Program-made: the position numbers and the translations under genes | Part shown: in pieces, positions 40,197-49,963 of the stretch | Layout: each line of letters starts with the position of its first letter | How positions within the stretch are numbered: the first letter of the stretch is position 1 | Notes under the pieces: generated by a model | What the model saw: only the letters and a program-made list of their open reading frames with translations | What the model was told of the DNA's origin: nothing | Database searches by the model: none | Assembly (NCBI GenBank): GCA_963827685.1 | Contig: CAWHBU010000004.1 | Location: 384,001-448,000 of the forward strand | DNA length: 64,000 nucleotides | Reading direction: 5' to 3' | Origin: an uncultured delta proteobacterium | GTDB lineage: Bacteria; Desulfobacterota; BSN033; UBA1163

Positions 40197-40463
40197 GAGG
40201 TAGAGCTGGTTGTGCGCCGCCAGTCCGGCGACGAGATGTCACCGTATGAGCGTCCGCTCAGGGATGCCGTACGAGGCGACGCCTCGCTTTTCGCCCGCGA
40301 GGACAGCGTCGAAGCCGCCTGGTGCCTTGTAGACCCGATCCTGCGAAACGTGACGCCAGTCCATGAGTACGAACCGAACACCTGGGGACCGGCGGAAGCC
40401 CACCGGATCATTTCGGGCGATGGCAGCTGGCACAACCCCAAACATGAGGAGGCGATCGTATGA
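40197..40463 (+). pseudogene. C-terminal remnant of a second glucose-6-phosphate dehydrogenase
   Basis: PYERPLRDAVRGDASLFAREDSVEAAW...YEPNTWGP parallels the C-terminus of zwf at 37522. Confidence 0.85.
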
Positions 40464-41155
40464 CATCACCCGACGAAGTTGTATTCTTGTTTGACGTGGA
40501 CAATACCCTGCTCGACAATGACCGGGTACAAGATGACCTCAGGAACCATCTTGAGAGCGAGTTCGGAGCTGAGAGCCGAGATCGGTACTGGGCAATATTT
40601 GAAGAGTTGCGTGCCGAGCTTGGTTATACCGACTACCTGGGCGCTTTGCAGCGCTATCGGCTCGAAGACCTGTGCGATCCGCGACTGCTGATGATGTCTT
40701 CGTTTCTGGTGGATTATCCGTTTGCGAACCGGCTGTATCCTGGTTCCCTTGACGCCCTTGAGCACGTTCGCTCGTGGGGAGCAACGGTCATCCTGTCCGA
40801 TGGCGACGTGGTCTTTCAGCCGCGAAAAGTTCAGCGCTCAGGACTTTGGGAAGCGGTTGAGGGTCGGGTGCTGATCTACGTCCACAAAGAACAGATGCTC
40901 GATGACGTCGAGGGGCGCTATCCGGCCCGCCATTATGCTATGGTGGACGATAAGCTGCGCATTCTGGCGGCAATGAAAAAGATCTGGGGGAGCCGGCTGA
41001 CAACCATCTTTCCACGTCAGGGACATTATGCGCTTGATCCCCGAGCCATCGCCAGCTATCCGCCGGCTGACCTCACGATTGAGCGGATCGGCGATCTGGT
41101 CAACTACGGCTTACCTGCGTTGCTCGACGCCGTCAGAGCAGACAACGCGCGATAA
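40460..41155 (+). CDS. HAD-superfamily hydrolase
   Basis: FLFDVDNTLLD, LSDG, MVDDK. Confidence 0.88.
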   Translation: MTSPDEVVFLFDVDNTLLDNDRVQDDLRNHLESEFGAESRDRYWAIFEELRAELGYTDYLGALQRYRLEDLCDPRLLMMSSFLVDYPFANRLYPGSLDALEHVRSWGATVILSDGDVVFQPRKVQRSGLWEAVEGRVLIYVHKEQMLDDVEGRYPARHYAMVDDKLRILAAMKKIWGSRLTTIFPRQGHYALDPRAIASYPPADLTIERIGDLVNYGLPALLDAVRADNAR

Positions 41156-41164
41156 CGAGGAACC

Positions 41165-41332
41165 ATGAAAACTACACACCAGCTTCATGGTCTTGGTCAG
41201 AGCCTTTGGCTCGACAACATCACCCGTGGACTCCTGACGAAGGGCACTCTCCGCCGTTATATCACCGAACTTTCGGTGACGGGGCTTACCACGAAAGTTG
41301 GATACTCCAAACTGAGGGAGGAGATATGGTAA
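41165..41332 (+). pseudogene. tal: N-terminal remnant of transaldolase
   Basis: MKTTHQLHGLGQSLWLDNITRGLL...SVTGLT, breaking just before the expected SNPT motif. Confidence 0.85.
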
Positions 41333-43026
41333 TGAAAGTGAGCCTTTTTGCAGGAAAGCCTGCTGAGCCGTCCATGCTTGTTAACGTGCCCAAGCTTATC
41401 ACCGCCTACTACACCGAGACTCCCGATCCCTCCATACCTGACCAACGGATCTCGTTCGGCACCTCAGGACATCGGGGCTCCGCTTTCGAGAAGTCTTTCA
41501 ACGAATGGCATATTCTCGCCACCAGTCAGGCCATTTGCCTGTATCGCGGGCAGCAGAAGATCGATGGACCACTGTTTCTCGGTATGGACACGCACGCGCT
41601 TTCGGTGCCGGCTCTTGCCAGCGCGCTGGAGGTGCTGGGGGCCAATGGTGTGGAAGTCATGCTCGCAGAGGGGGATGAATATACGCCGACCCCTGTCGTC
41701 TCTCATGCGATTCTCACTTACAACCGCGGGCGCAAGACAGGACTCGCCGACGGCGTCGTGATCACGCCCTCACACAATCCGCCCCATGATGGCGGCTTCA
41801 AGTACAACCCGCCAAACGGTGGCCCGGCGGAACGCGCCGTCACAGATTGGATCGAAGCGAAGGCGAACACGCTTCTTGAAAGTGGCCTGCGAGGTGTAAA
41901 GAGGATTCCTGTCGAGAAGGCTCTTAGCGCCTCTACGACGCACCGGCACGACTACCTTAATACCTACATTAGCGACCTCGGCAATGTGATCAACATGGAC
42001 GCCATTCGCGGCGCGAAGATCAGCCTGGGGGTGGATCCGCTCGGCGGCGCAGGGGTCCACTACTGGGGGCTGATTGCCGAGCACTACGGGTTGAACCTCA
42101 CCGTCGTCAACGAGGCCGTCGATCCGACCTTCCGTTTCATGACGGTGGATTGGGACGGCCAGATCCGTATGGACCCCTCATCGCCCTATGCAATGCAGAG
42201 ATTGATCGATCTGAAGGATCGCTTCGAGATCGCCTTCGCCTGCGACACCGACCACGACCGGCACGGGATTGTCACCCGGAGCGCGGGACTTCTGCCGCCC
42301 AATCACTACCTTGCGGTCGCCATCTTCTACCTCTTCCAACACCGACCGAAGTGGCGCATGGAAGCGGCGGTCGGCAAGACGGTGGTGAGCAGCCAGATGA
42401 TTGATCGCGTCACCGCGAAGCTGGGGCGGAAGCTCTACGAGGTGCCGGTTGGCTTCAAGTGGTTCGTGGACGGCCTCCTCGACGGCTCGCTTGGCTTCGG
42501 CGGGGAAGAGAGCGCTGGCGCATCTTTTCTCCGTCTTGACGGTACTGTCTGGGTGACGGACAAAGACGGAATCGTCCCGGCTCTGCTCTCGGCGGAGATC
42601 ACTGCGCGGATGGGCCGCGATCCTGGCGAAATCTACCGCGAACTCACGCGTGAATTCGGTGAGCCTGTTTTCGACCGCGTTGAAGCCTCTGCCACCCCAA
42701 AACAAAAGGAGGCGCTAGCAAAACTATCAGCAGAGCAAGTTCGGATTACCAACATGGCCGGGGAAAAGATTCATGCCATCCTGACCCGAGCACCGGGAAA
42801 TGACGGGGCCATCGGAGGAATAAAGGTGGTTGCCGAGAACGGATGGTTCGCGGCGCGGCCATCAGGAACGGAAAACATCTACAAAATTTATGCAGAAAGT
42901 TTCCGCGGTGCGGATCATCTGCGCCGCATCCTAGAGGAAGCGCAGACAATCGTCAACGATGCTCTGGCTGCGGCGCCACAGCGGTCAGGGCTTGCAAGCA
43001 ATACAAATTTGGGGGAGAAACTATGA
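41332..43026 (+). CDS. pgm: Phosphoglucomutase
   Basis: FGTSGHRG, TPSHNPP, DTDHDRH, GEESAG, ARPSGTE; GGAGG RBS. Confidence 0.96.
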   Translation: MKVSLFAGKPAEPSMLVNVPKLITAYYTETPDPSIPDQRISFGTSGHRGSAFEKSFNEWHILATSQAICLYRGQQKIDGPLFLGMDTHALSVPALASALEVLGANGVEVMLAEGDEYTPTPVVSHAILTYNRGRKTGLADGVVITPSHNPPHDGGFKYNPPNGGPAERAVTDWIEAKANTLLESGLRGVKRIPVEKALSASTTHRHDYLNTYISDLGNVINMDAIRGAKISLGVDPLGGAGVHYWGLIAEHYGLNLTVVNEAVDPTFRFMTVDWDGQIRMDPSSPYAMQRLIDLKDRFEIAFACDTDHDRHGIVTRSAGLLPPNHYLAVAIFYLFQHRPKWRMEAAVGKTVVSSQMIDRVTAKLGRKLYEVPVGFKWFVDGLLDGSLGFGGEESAGASFLRLDGTVWVTDKDGIVPALLSAEITARMGRDPGEIYRELTREFGEPVFDRVEASATPKQKEALAKLSAEQVRITNMAGEKIHAILTRAPGNDGAIGGIKVVAENGWFAARPSGTENIYKIYAESFRGADHLRRILEEAQTIVNDALAAAPQRSGLASNTNLGEKL

Positions 43027-45569
43027 GCAAACAAACACCTGTCAGCAAGCCGATCTACAGTCTTTTACCCACGGACGTCGAAGGATTCGATTCCCTGGCG
43101 GAGCTTGCCTTGGATATGCGCTGGTCGTGGAATCATGCTACCGACGAAGTGTGGAGACAGCTTGATCCCGCGCTTTGGGAGTTCACTCAAAACCCTTGGG
43201 TCGTCCTACAGACTGTCTCGAGGGACAAACTCCAGCGCGTGTCAGCCAATCCCGCCTTCCGCAAGAAGGTCGATGCGCTCGTGCAAGCCAGGCGTCAGGC
43301 GGCGAAAGCCCCCGCGTGGTTTCAGCAAGATCATCCACAGTCGCCCCTGACCCGTGTCGCGTATTTCAGCATGGAATTCATGTTGAGCGAAGCTCTGCCC
43401 ATCTACTCAGGGGGGCTTGGCAACGTGGCCGGCGATCAGCTCAAAGCGGCCAGTGATCTGGGTGTGCCGGTGGTCGGAGTGGGGCTGCTCTACCAGCAAG
43501 GCTATTTTCGGCAGGTGCTCGACAAGGACGGAGCGCAACAGGCCCTTTTCCCCTACAACGATCCCGGGCAATTGCCCATCACGCCGTTGCGCGAGGCGAA
43601 CGGGGAGTGGTTGCGGCTGGAGCTCGACTTGCCCGGTTATCCGGTCTGGCTGCGCGCCTGGCAGGTCCAGGTTGGCCGAGTGCAGCTTTACCTGCTCGAC
43701 AGCAATGACCTTGCGAACCTCCCGGCTCACCGAGGCATTACCAGCGAGCTATACGGGGGCGGACCGGAATTACGTCTTAATCAAGAGCTGGTACTCGGGA
43801 TCGGCGGGTGGCGCCTGCTCAATGCGCTCGGGATCAAGCCCGAAGTGTGCCACCTGAATGAAGGGCATGCCGCCTTCGCCGTGTTGGAACGGGCTCGAAC
43901 CTTTATGGAAGAGACCGGACAACCCTTCGAAGTCGCACTGAGCGCAACACGACCGGGTAACCTCTTTACCACCCACACGCCGGTGGCCGCCGGTTTTGAC
44001 CGTTTCTCTCCTGCCCTCACCGAACAATACCTCGGTTGGTACGCCCAGAACAAGCTCGGCATCTCGCTTCACGATTTGCTGGCCCTTGGGCGCGCGAACC
44101 CGAACGACTCTTCTGAACCCTTCAATATGGCCTACCTGGCTGTGCGAGGGAGCGGAGCGATTAATGGGGTGAGCCGCTTGCACGGGAAGGTGAGCCGACG
44201 GATTTTTATGCCTCTCTTTCCGCGCTGGCCGGAGGAGGAAGTGCCCATTGGACATGTTACCAATGGAGTCCACATGCCGAGCTGGGACTCGGCAGAATCT
44301 GACGATCTGTGGACTGAAGCCTGCGGAAAAGGCCGCTGGCTGGGGATGGTTGAAACCTTAGAGCGGGACATTCGCCGCGTTTCGGACGCCAAGCTCTGGC
44401 AACTTCGCACCGTCGCCAGCAAGTCTCTCATTGAATACGCCCGTGAACGATTGTCCCGACAACTGGCCGCCTCAGGCGCATCACCCGAGGCGGTTGACGG
44501 CGCGAAGCATCTGTTTGATCCCAACGCTTTGACGCTGGGCTTTGCACGCCGTTTCGCGACCTACAAGAGGCCGAACCTGCTGCTGCACGACCCGGAGCGA
44601 CTGCTTCACCTACTAACCAATACTCAGCGGCCTGTGCAACTCATCCTTGCCGGTAAGGCCCATCCAGAGGACCGAGCGGGACAGGCCCTGATTCAGGAAT
44701 GGACCAAGTTCATCCGGCGGCCCGAGGCGCGCCCCCATGTGATATTCCTCAGCGACTACGACATGCTTTTGACCGAGCACCTGGTGCAGGGGGTAGATGT
44801 CTGGATCAATACGCCACGACGGCCCTGGGAGGCTAGTGGAACAAGCGGTATGAAGGTGCTCGTTAATGGAGGCATCAATCTTTCTGAGCTAGATGGCTGG
44901 TGGGCGGAAGCCTATACGCCTGAAGTGGGGTGGGCGCTGGGGGACGGCCAGGAACATGGCGATGATCCAGGCTGGGACGCCGCCGAAGCCGAGGCGCTCT
45001 ACGATCTGCTCGAACGGGAGGTAATCCCCGAGTTCTATACCCGCGACTCAAACGGCATCCCGGTCGCTTGGGTCGCACGCATCCGCGAAAGCATGGGGCG
45101 ATTGACGCCTCGTTTTTCTTCCAACCGCACCGTGCGCGAGTACACTGAACAGTACTACATCCCTGCGGTGGGGGCTTACCGCCAGCGTGCTGCCGATAAG
45201 GGCGCAATGGGCGTGCAGTTGGTGAATTGGCAGCGTGCTATGGAACAGCACTGGTCAAATCTGCGTTTCGGCGAAATGAAGGTAGCGACTGACGGGGGGA
45301 ATCACATATTCGAGGTTCAGGTTTATCTCAGCGGTCTTGACCAGAATACTGTGCGCGTAGAACTTTACGCCGACGGCGTGAACGGCGGAGAGCCGGTCCG
45401 GCAGGAGATGAAGCGCGTTCGCCAACTGGCCGGCGTGTCGGGCGGCTACGTTTACAGCGCGGCTGTGTCTGCAGCCCGCCAACCAGCGGACTATACGGCG
45501 CGAGTGATACCGTACTTCGCTGGCATTGCGGTTCCACTGGAAGAGGCTTACATCCTGTGGCAACGATGA
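43023..45569 (+). CDS. glgP: Alpha-glucan (glycogen/maltodextrin) phosphorylase
   Basis: YSGGLG, HLNEGH, RRFATYKR, EASGTSGMK PLP-lysine motif. Confidence 0.96.
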   Translation: MSKQTPVSKPIYSLLPTDVEGFDSLAELALDMRWSWNHATDEVWRQLDPALWEFTQNPWVVLQTVSRDKLQRVSANPAFRKKVDALVQARRQAAKAPAWFQQDHPQSPLTRVAYFSMEFMLSEALPIYSGGLGNVAGDQLKAASDLGVPVVGVGLLYQQGYFRQVLDKDGAQQALFPYNDPGQLPITPLREANGEWLRLELDLPGYPVWLRAWQVQVGRVQLYLLDSNDLANLPAHRGITSELYGGGPELRLNQELVLGIGGWRLLNALGIKPEVCHLNEGHAAFAVLERARTFMEETGQPFEVALSATRPGNLFTTHTPVAAGFDRFSPALTEQYLGWYAQNKLGISLHDLLALGRANPNDSSEPFNMAYLAVRGSGAINGVSRLHGKVSRRIFMPLFPRWPEEEVPIGHVTNGVHMPSWDSAESDDLWTEACGKGRWLGMVETLERDIRRVSDAKLWQLRTVASKSLIEYARERLSRQLAASGASPEAVDGAKHLFDPNALTLGFARRFATYKRPNLLLHDPERLLHLLTNTQRPVQLILAGKAHPEDRAGQALIQEWTKFIRRPEARPHVIFLSDYDMLLTEHLVQGVDVWINTPRRPWEASGTSGMKVLVNGGINLSELDGWWAEAYTPEVGWALGDGQEHGDDPGWDAAEAEALYDLLEREVIPEFYTRDSNGIPVAWVARIRESMGRLTPRFSSNRTVREYTEQYYIPAVGAYRQRAADKGAMGVQLVNWQRAMEQHWSNLRFGEMKVATDGGNHIFEVQVYLSGLDQNTVRVELYADGVNGGEPVRQEMKRVRQLAGVSGGYVYSAAVSAARQPADYTARVIPYFAGIAVPLEEAYILWQR

Positions 45570-46126
45570 TGAAAACGCCCCAACGCGAGTTGCACGATTA
45601 TATCTCGGAGATCTCCGAGCACGCTCACGTTCGGGCGGGCTCTCCTCTACCTTTGGGAACCCAGGAAAGGGGAGGAGGGGTTAATTTCGCCATTTTCAGC
45701 CGTGACGCCAGCCGCGTTCGGCTAGAGTTGTTCGACCATCCCGAAGACGCAGTGCCCACTCGGGTAATCGATCTGGATTCAGCGCGCAACCGCACCGGCG
45801 ACGTATGGCATGTTTGTGTAAAGGGGATCGGTCCCGGTCAACTCTATGCTTACCGCGTGGATGGCCCTTACGAACCCAGCGAAGGACATCGTTTCAATTT
45901 CAACAGGCTTCTCCTTGATCCCTTCGCTACGGCGATTTCGCGGCTGCCCCCGTGGGATTTTGCATCGGCACGTGGATACGACCCGTTGGCGCCGGAGCAA
46001 GACTTGTCTGCCGCAGGGGAAGAAACGCTCTTGGACAATTCAACGACCTATCACATAGAAGCCCGCTCCAGCGCGATACTTCTGGCACGGAAGCAGGAAT
46101 CTACCTTAGGAAGGGGTCCCGTATGA
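45566..46126 (+). pseudogene. glgX: Glycogen debranching enzyme with large in-frame internal deletion
   Basis: N-terminal CBM48 (PLPLG, VNFAIFS, RTGDVWH, LLLDPFA) joined directly to a C-terminal-like YHIEARSSAILLAR; no GH13 catalytic barrel. Confidence 0.85.
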
Positions 46127-47757
46127 ATCAACGAGCCTCCGGGATACTTCTCCATCCAACCTCCCTTTCCAACCCCTATCCCATCGGCGATCTGGGGCCC
46201 GCGGCAACTGCCTTTGCGGATTTCATGGTCAAGAGTGGACAGCGTTGGTGGCAGATGCTTCCCGTCGGCCCGGCAGGGGAAGAAAATTCGCCTTACCGGT
46301 CACTGTCTGCCTTTGGGGGTAATCCGCTCCTGGTGAGTCCCGATCGGTTGGTGGAGCAGGGGCTCCTTGGCCGCCAGGATATCGAGCTTCCCATCTCCGG
46401 GGGCGAGGGAAAGGTGAACTATCCCGTGGCGGCACGCTTGAAGCTGCGATGGTTAAAAAAGGCATTTGAACATTTCGAAAAAAACAGGCACGGTGGCAGG
46501 CAATCTGAGCTCGACGCATTTGCACACGCGGAGTCTTTCTGGCTTGAGGATTTTTCGCTGTTCTCGGCAATCCAGGGGAAAGAGGGCACATCGGATTGGA
46601 CCCGATGGGACCAAGAGCTGCGAACGCGCCAGCCAGACGCCGTCATTCGCGCGCAGAAATACTTTGCCAATGACATACGTTACCACGAGTTTGTCCAGTG
46701 GCAGTTCTCAGTGCAGTGGAAAGAGTTAAGGACTTACTGCACGTCCAAAGGAATCTGGCTGATCGGCGATGTTCCCCTGTTCGTGGCCCACCAAAGCGCC
46801 GATGTCTGGGCTCATCCCGGGCTTTTCAAACTGGATGCCGATGGAAACCCTACGGTGGTCGCGGGAGTTCCTCCCGATTATTTCTCCAAAACAGGGCAGA
46901 TGTGGGGTGTCCCCGTGTATCGCTGGGAGGCGCTTCAAGAGCAGAACTACAGCTGGTGGATCGAACGCCTGCGGACGGCTTTTGGACGGTTCGATGTCAA
47001 TCGGCTGGATCATTTCATCGGCTTTGTCCGCACCTATGAAGTGTCTGCACAAGCCAAGACGGCTGTGAACGGGCAGTACCAACCTGGCGGAGGCGCTTCT
47101 TTTTTCGAAGCCGCCCGCGAAGCCCTTGGGTCATTGCCTTTGATCGCGGATGATCTCGGTGCCACAACACCCGAAGTGGTGGCTTTACTGGATCAACTTC
47201 GGATCCCGGGCACACGGGTGCTCCAATTCGAGTTCGGCTCAAATCTCGAAACCAATTCAGTTCCGCCAGAACAGCATCCGGTGAAATCAGTGGTCTATAC
47301 CGGAACCCATGATAACGACACAACGGCAGGCTGGTATCGGAAGTTGCCAAGCACGCAACGCAAAGCCTTGCAAAAACAGCTGGGAGCAAACAACGGGGAG
47401 GTTGTCTGGGCCATGATCCGTGAGGCGCTGGCATCGCAGGCCGACACAGCCATCATTCCTGCGCAAGACCTCCTGGAGCTGGGGTCGGAGGCGCGAATGA
47501 ATTTTCCCGGAATTGCGAAAGGAAACTGGCGATGGCGCCTGAAGGGTGGCGCGCTGACCCAGGAGCTCGCGCAAAGGCTGCGAAGCATAACTATAACGTA
47601 TGGGCGCCTGAGGAGTGGTGAGCCCCGCCCAACTCCTCGATGTCAGGAAGATGACCCGACGCCACAGATCGCGAGCGGGTCTATGAACTGTACGAGCGAC
47701 GAGGCCGCCAGAACGGCCAAACCGTTCAAGATTGGCTCCACGCGGAACGGGAAATAA
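46123..47757 (+). CDS. malQ: 4-alpha-glucanotransferase (amylomaltase)
   Basis: RASGILLHPTSL, WWQMLP, GVPPDYFS, RLDHF, YTGTHDNDT, RMNFPG, NWRWR. Confidence 0.94.
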   Translation: MNQRASGILLHPTSLSNPYPIGDLGPAATAFADFMVKSGQRWWQMLPVGPAGEENSPYRSLSAFGGNPLLVSPDRLVEQGLLGRQDIELPISGGEGKVNYPVAARLKLRWLKKAFEHFEKNRHGGRQSELDAFAHAESFWLEDFSLFSAIQGKEGTSDWTRWDQELRTRQPDAVIRAQKYFANDIRYHEFVQWQFSVQWKELRTYCTSKGIWLIGDVPLFVAHQSADVWAHPGLFKLDADGNPTVVAGVPPDYFSKTGQMWGVPVYRWEALQEQNYSWWIERLRTAFGRFDVNRLDHFIGFVRTYEVSAQAKTAVNGQYQPGGGASFFEAAREALGSLPLIADDLGATTPEVVALLDQLRIPGTRVLQFEFGSNLETNSVPPEQHPVKSVVYTGTHDNDTTAGWYRKLPSTQRKALQKQLGANNGEVVWAMIREALASQADTAIIPAQDLLELGSEARMNFPGIAKGNWRWRLKGGALTQELAQRLRSITITYGRLRSGEPRPTPRCQEDDPTPQIASGSMNCTSDEAARTAKPFKIGSTRNGK

Positions 47758-47777
47758 AGATGGAGGCGAAACGGTGA
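47676..47777 (+). pseudogene. DUF2934-like domain, out of frame with the malQ tail
   Basis: RVYELYERRGRQNGQTVQDWLHAEREI follows malQ ...QIA after a 2-nt codon (AG at 47674-47675). Confidence 0.75.
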
Positions 47778-47780
47778 CAA

Positions 47781-48051
47781 ATGAGCATTCACAACAATAT
47801 GAGATGACTTTGCATCGGATCAAGGAAGTGTCGCGTCTCGAATGGGCGACGACGAGTGCCGCTCAGGTCATCCTTCCCTTGGAACAGTTAAAACGCATCG
47901 ATCCTGATACCGACCTGTGGCCCCCCTCCAGAAGATGGACCGCGATGGAGTCAACCAGTTGCCCGTCACCCGGGATCACCATGTCATCGGCATGTTAAGC
48001 CGGGAAGATGTCATAACTTTCCTGCGTACGCTCCAGGAATTGGGAACATAA
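47781..48051 (+). pseudogene. Frameshifted C-terminal CBS remnant of a site-2 protease
   Basis: TLHRIKEV...DLW / LQKMDRDGVNQLPV...LSREDVITFLRTLQELG matches the C-terminus of 34103-35221; frameshift in the C run near 47921. Confidence 0.85.
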
Positions 48052-48083
48052 CCGACATAACAACGGAAACTCGGGGGACCATA

Positions 48084-48731
48084 ATGAAACGCTCAACAGA
48101 GATCACGACGTTGTTTCTGGATATCGGCGGTGTCCTGCTCACCAACGGGTGGGATCATCATGCCCGCAAACGGGCGACGACGAACTTCAAGCTGGAGTTG
48201 GCCGAGATGGAGGATCGGCATCACCTGACCTTCGACACCTACGAGGAGGGGAAGCTCACGCTGGAAGAATATTTAGGTCGGGTGGTCTTCTACCAAAAGC
48301 GACCGTTCACCCGGGCTCAGTTTCGGCGCTTCATGTTCGCGCAATCGAAACCTTACCCCGAGATGATCGAACTGGTCGCTCAGCTCAAGGTCCGGCACAG
48401 GCTGAAGATCGCCGTGGTCAGTAATGAAGCATGGGAATTAAATGCGTACCGGATTCGAAAGTTCAAACTAAACGGGTTTGTGGATTCTTTTATTTCCTCC
48501 TGCTTCGTTCACCTCCGCAAGCCCGACGCGGACATCTTTCGGCTTGCGCTGGACATCGCCCAGGCGCCAGCCCGGCAGGTAGTCTATATCGAAAACACCC
48601 CGATGTTCGTCCAGATCGCGGAAGGTTTGGGGATTCGAAGCATTCTTCATACGGATTACAGGTCCACGTGCGCGAAACTGGCTTCGTTTGGATTGCAGAA
48701 TGACGAAGGAGTCATCCATGAAACCAGCTAA
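48084..48731 (+). CDS. HAD family phosphatase
   Basis: LFLDIGGVLL, VSN, RKPD. Confidence 0.9.
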   Translation: MKRSTEITTLFLDIGGVLLTNGWDHHARKRATTNFKLELAEMEDRHHLTFDTYEEGKLTLEEYLGRVVFYQKRPFTRAQFRRFMFAQSKPYPEMIELVAQLKVRHRLKIAVVSNEAWELNAYRIRKFKLNGFVDSFISSCFVHLRKPDADIFRLALDIAQAPARQVVYIENTPMFVQIAEGLGIRSILHTDYRSTCAKLASFGLQNDEGVIHETS

Positions 48732-49950
48732 CCCACGCATCCTGACGATCAATGGCGGCTCGTCGAGCATCAAGTTCGCGCTGTTCGAGGCCGGCGACTC
48801 GCTCCGAAGGATTCTGGAGGGCGGGATTGAGAGGATTGGACTGCCGGAGGCCGCCTTGCGGGTGAAAGGCTTGAGCCAGGCAGATAACTTTTCGCGGTTG
48901 GTGACGGCGCCGGATCACACGGTGGCCGTGGGCGCTCTGATGGATTGGATCGAGGAACGGAGCGGACATGATGCATTGACCGCGGTGGGGCATCGCGTGG
49001 TGCATGGCGGGCCGAAGTATAGCAAGCCGCAGCGAATCACTTCGGAAATGGTTGAGGAGCTGCACCGGCTCAGTCCATTCGATCCTGAGCATCTGCCGGA
49101 GGAGATCCTGTTGACCGAGGCGTTTCATCGCCGATTTCCTGATCTGCCCCAAGTGGCGTGCTTCGACACGGCTTTTCACCATGACCTGCCGCGCGTGGCG
49201 CGGCTGTTGCCTATTCCACGCCGGTACGAGGCGCAGGGCGTGCGGCGGTACGGGTTTCACGGGTTGTCGTATGCGTTTCTAATGGGAGAACTGACCCGCC
49301 TGGCCGGAACGGAAGCGGCACAAGGCCGGGTTATCCTCGCCCACCTCGGCAATGGCGCGAGCCTGGCGGCAGTTCGTGACGGCAAACCCATGGACATAAG
49401 CATGAGTTTCACCCCGACAGCCGGGGTGCCGATGAGCACCCGCTCAGGCGATCTCGATCCCGGGCTGGTCTGGTATCTGGCGCGAACCGAGCGCATCGAG
49501 GCAAACCAGTTCAACGAGATGGTCAATTTCCAGTCCGGGCTGCTCGGCGTGTCTGAGATCAGTTCCGACATGCGCGACTTGCTCGAGCGGGAAACCGAGG
49601 ACGTGCGGGCGGCAGAGGCGGTGGCGCTGTTTTGTTACCAAATAAAAAAGTGGATCGGGGCATTCGCGGCGGCGTTGGGCGGACTGGATACGCTGGTGTT
49701 TGCTGGTGGCATCGGGGAGAACGCGCCCAAAGTTCGAGCCCGGGTCTGCGACGGGCTTGGGTTTCTTGGGATCGAGCTCGAAGAAAAACAAAACGTGACC
49801 AATGCCGGCGTGATTTCCTCGGATGCCAGCCGGGTCGCTGTCCGTGTTATTCGCACGGACGAGGAATGGATGATAGCAAAGACGGTCTGTCGCGTTTTGG
49901 GTCTTACAATTGAAAAGGAACATGATCATGAAAACAAAAAAGGTTTCTGA
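48718..49950 (+). CDS. ackA: Acetate/propionate kinase
   Basis: [43 protein letters not shown]. Confidence 0.95.
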   Translation: MKPANPRILTINGGSSSIKFALFEAGDSLRRILEGGIERIGLPEAALRVKGLSQADNFSRLVTAPDHTVAVGALMDWIEERSGHDALTAVGHRVVHGGPKYSKPQRITSEMVEELHRLSPFDPEHLPEEILLTEAFHRRFPDLPQVACFDTAFHHDLPRVARLLPIPRRYEAQGVRRYGFHGLSYAFLMGELTRLAGTEAAQGRVILAHLGNGASLAAVRDGKPMDISMSFTPTAGVPMSTRSGDLDPGLVWYLARTERIEANQFNEMVNFQSGLLGVSEISSDMRDLLERETEDVRAAEAVALFCYQIKKWIGAFAAALGGLDTLVFAGGIGENAPKVRARVCDGLGFLGIELEEKQNVTNAGVISSDASRVAVRVIRTDEEWMIAKTVCRVLGLTIEKEHDHENKKGF

Positions 49951-49963
49951 AAGGAGCATTGTT

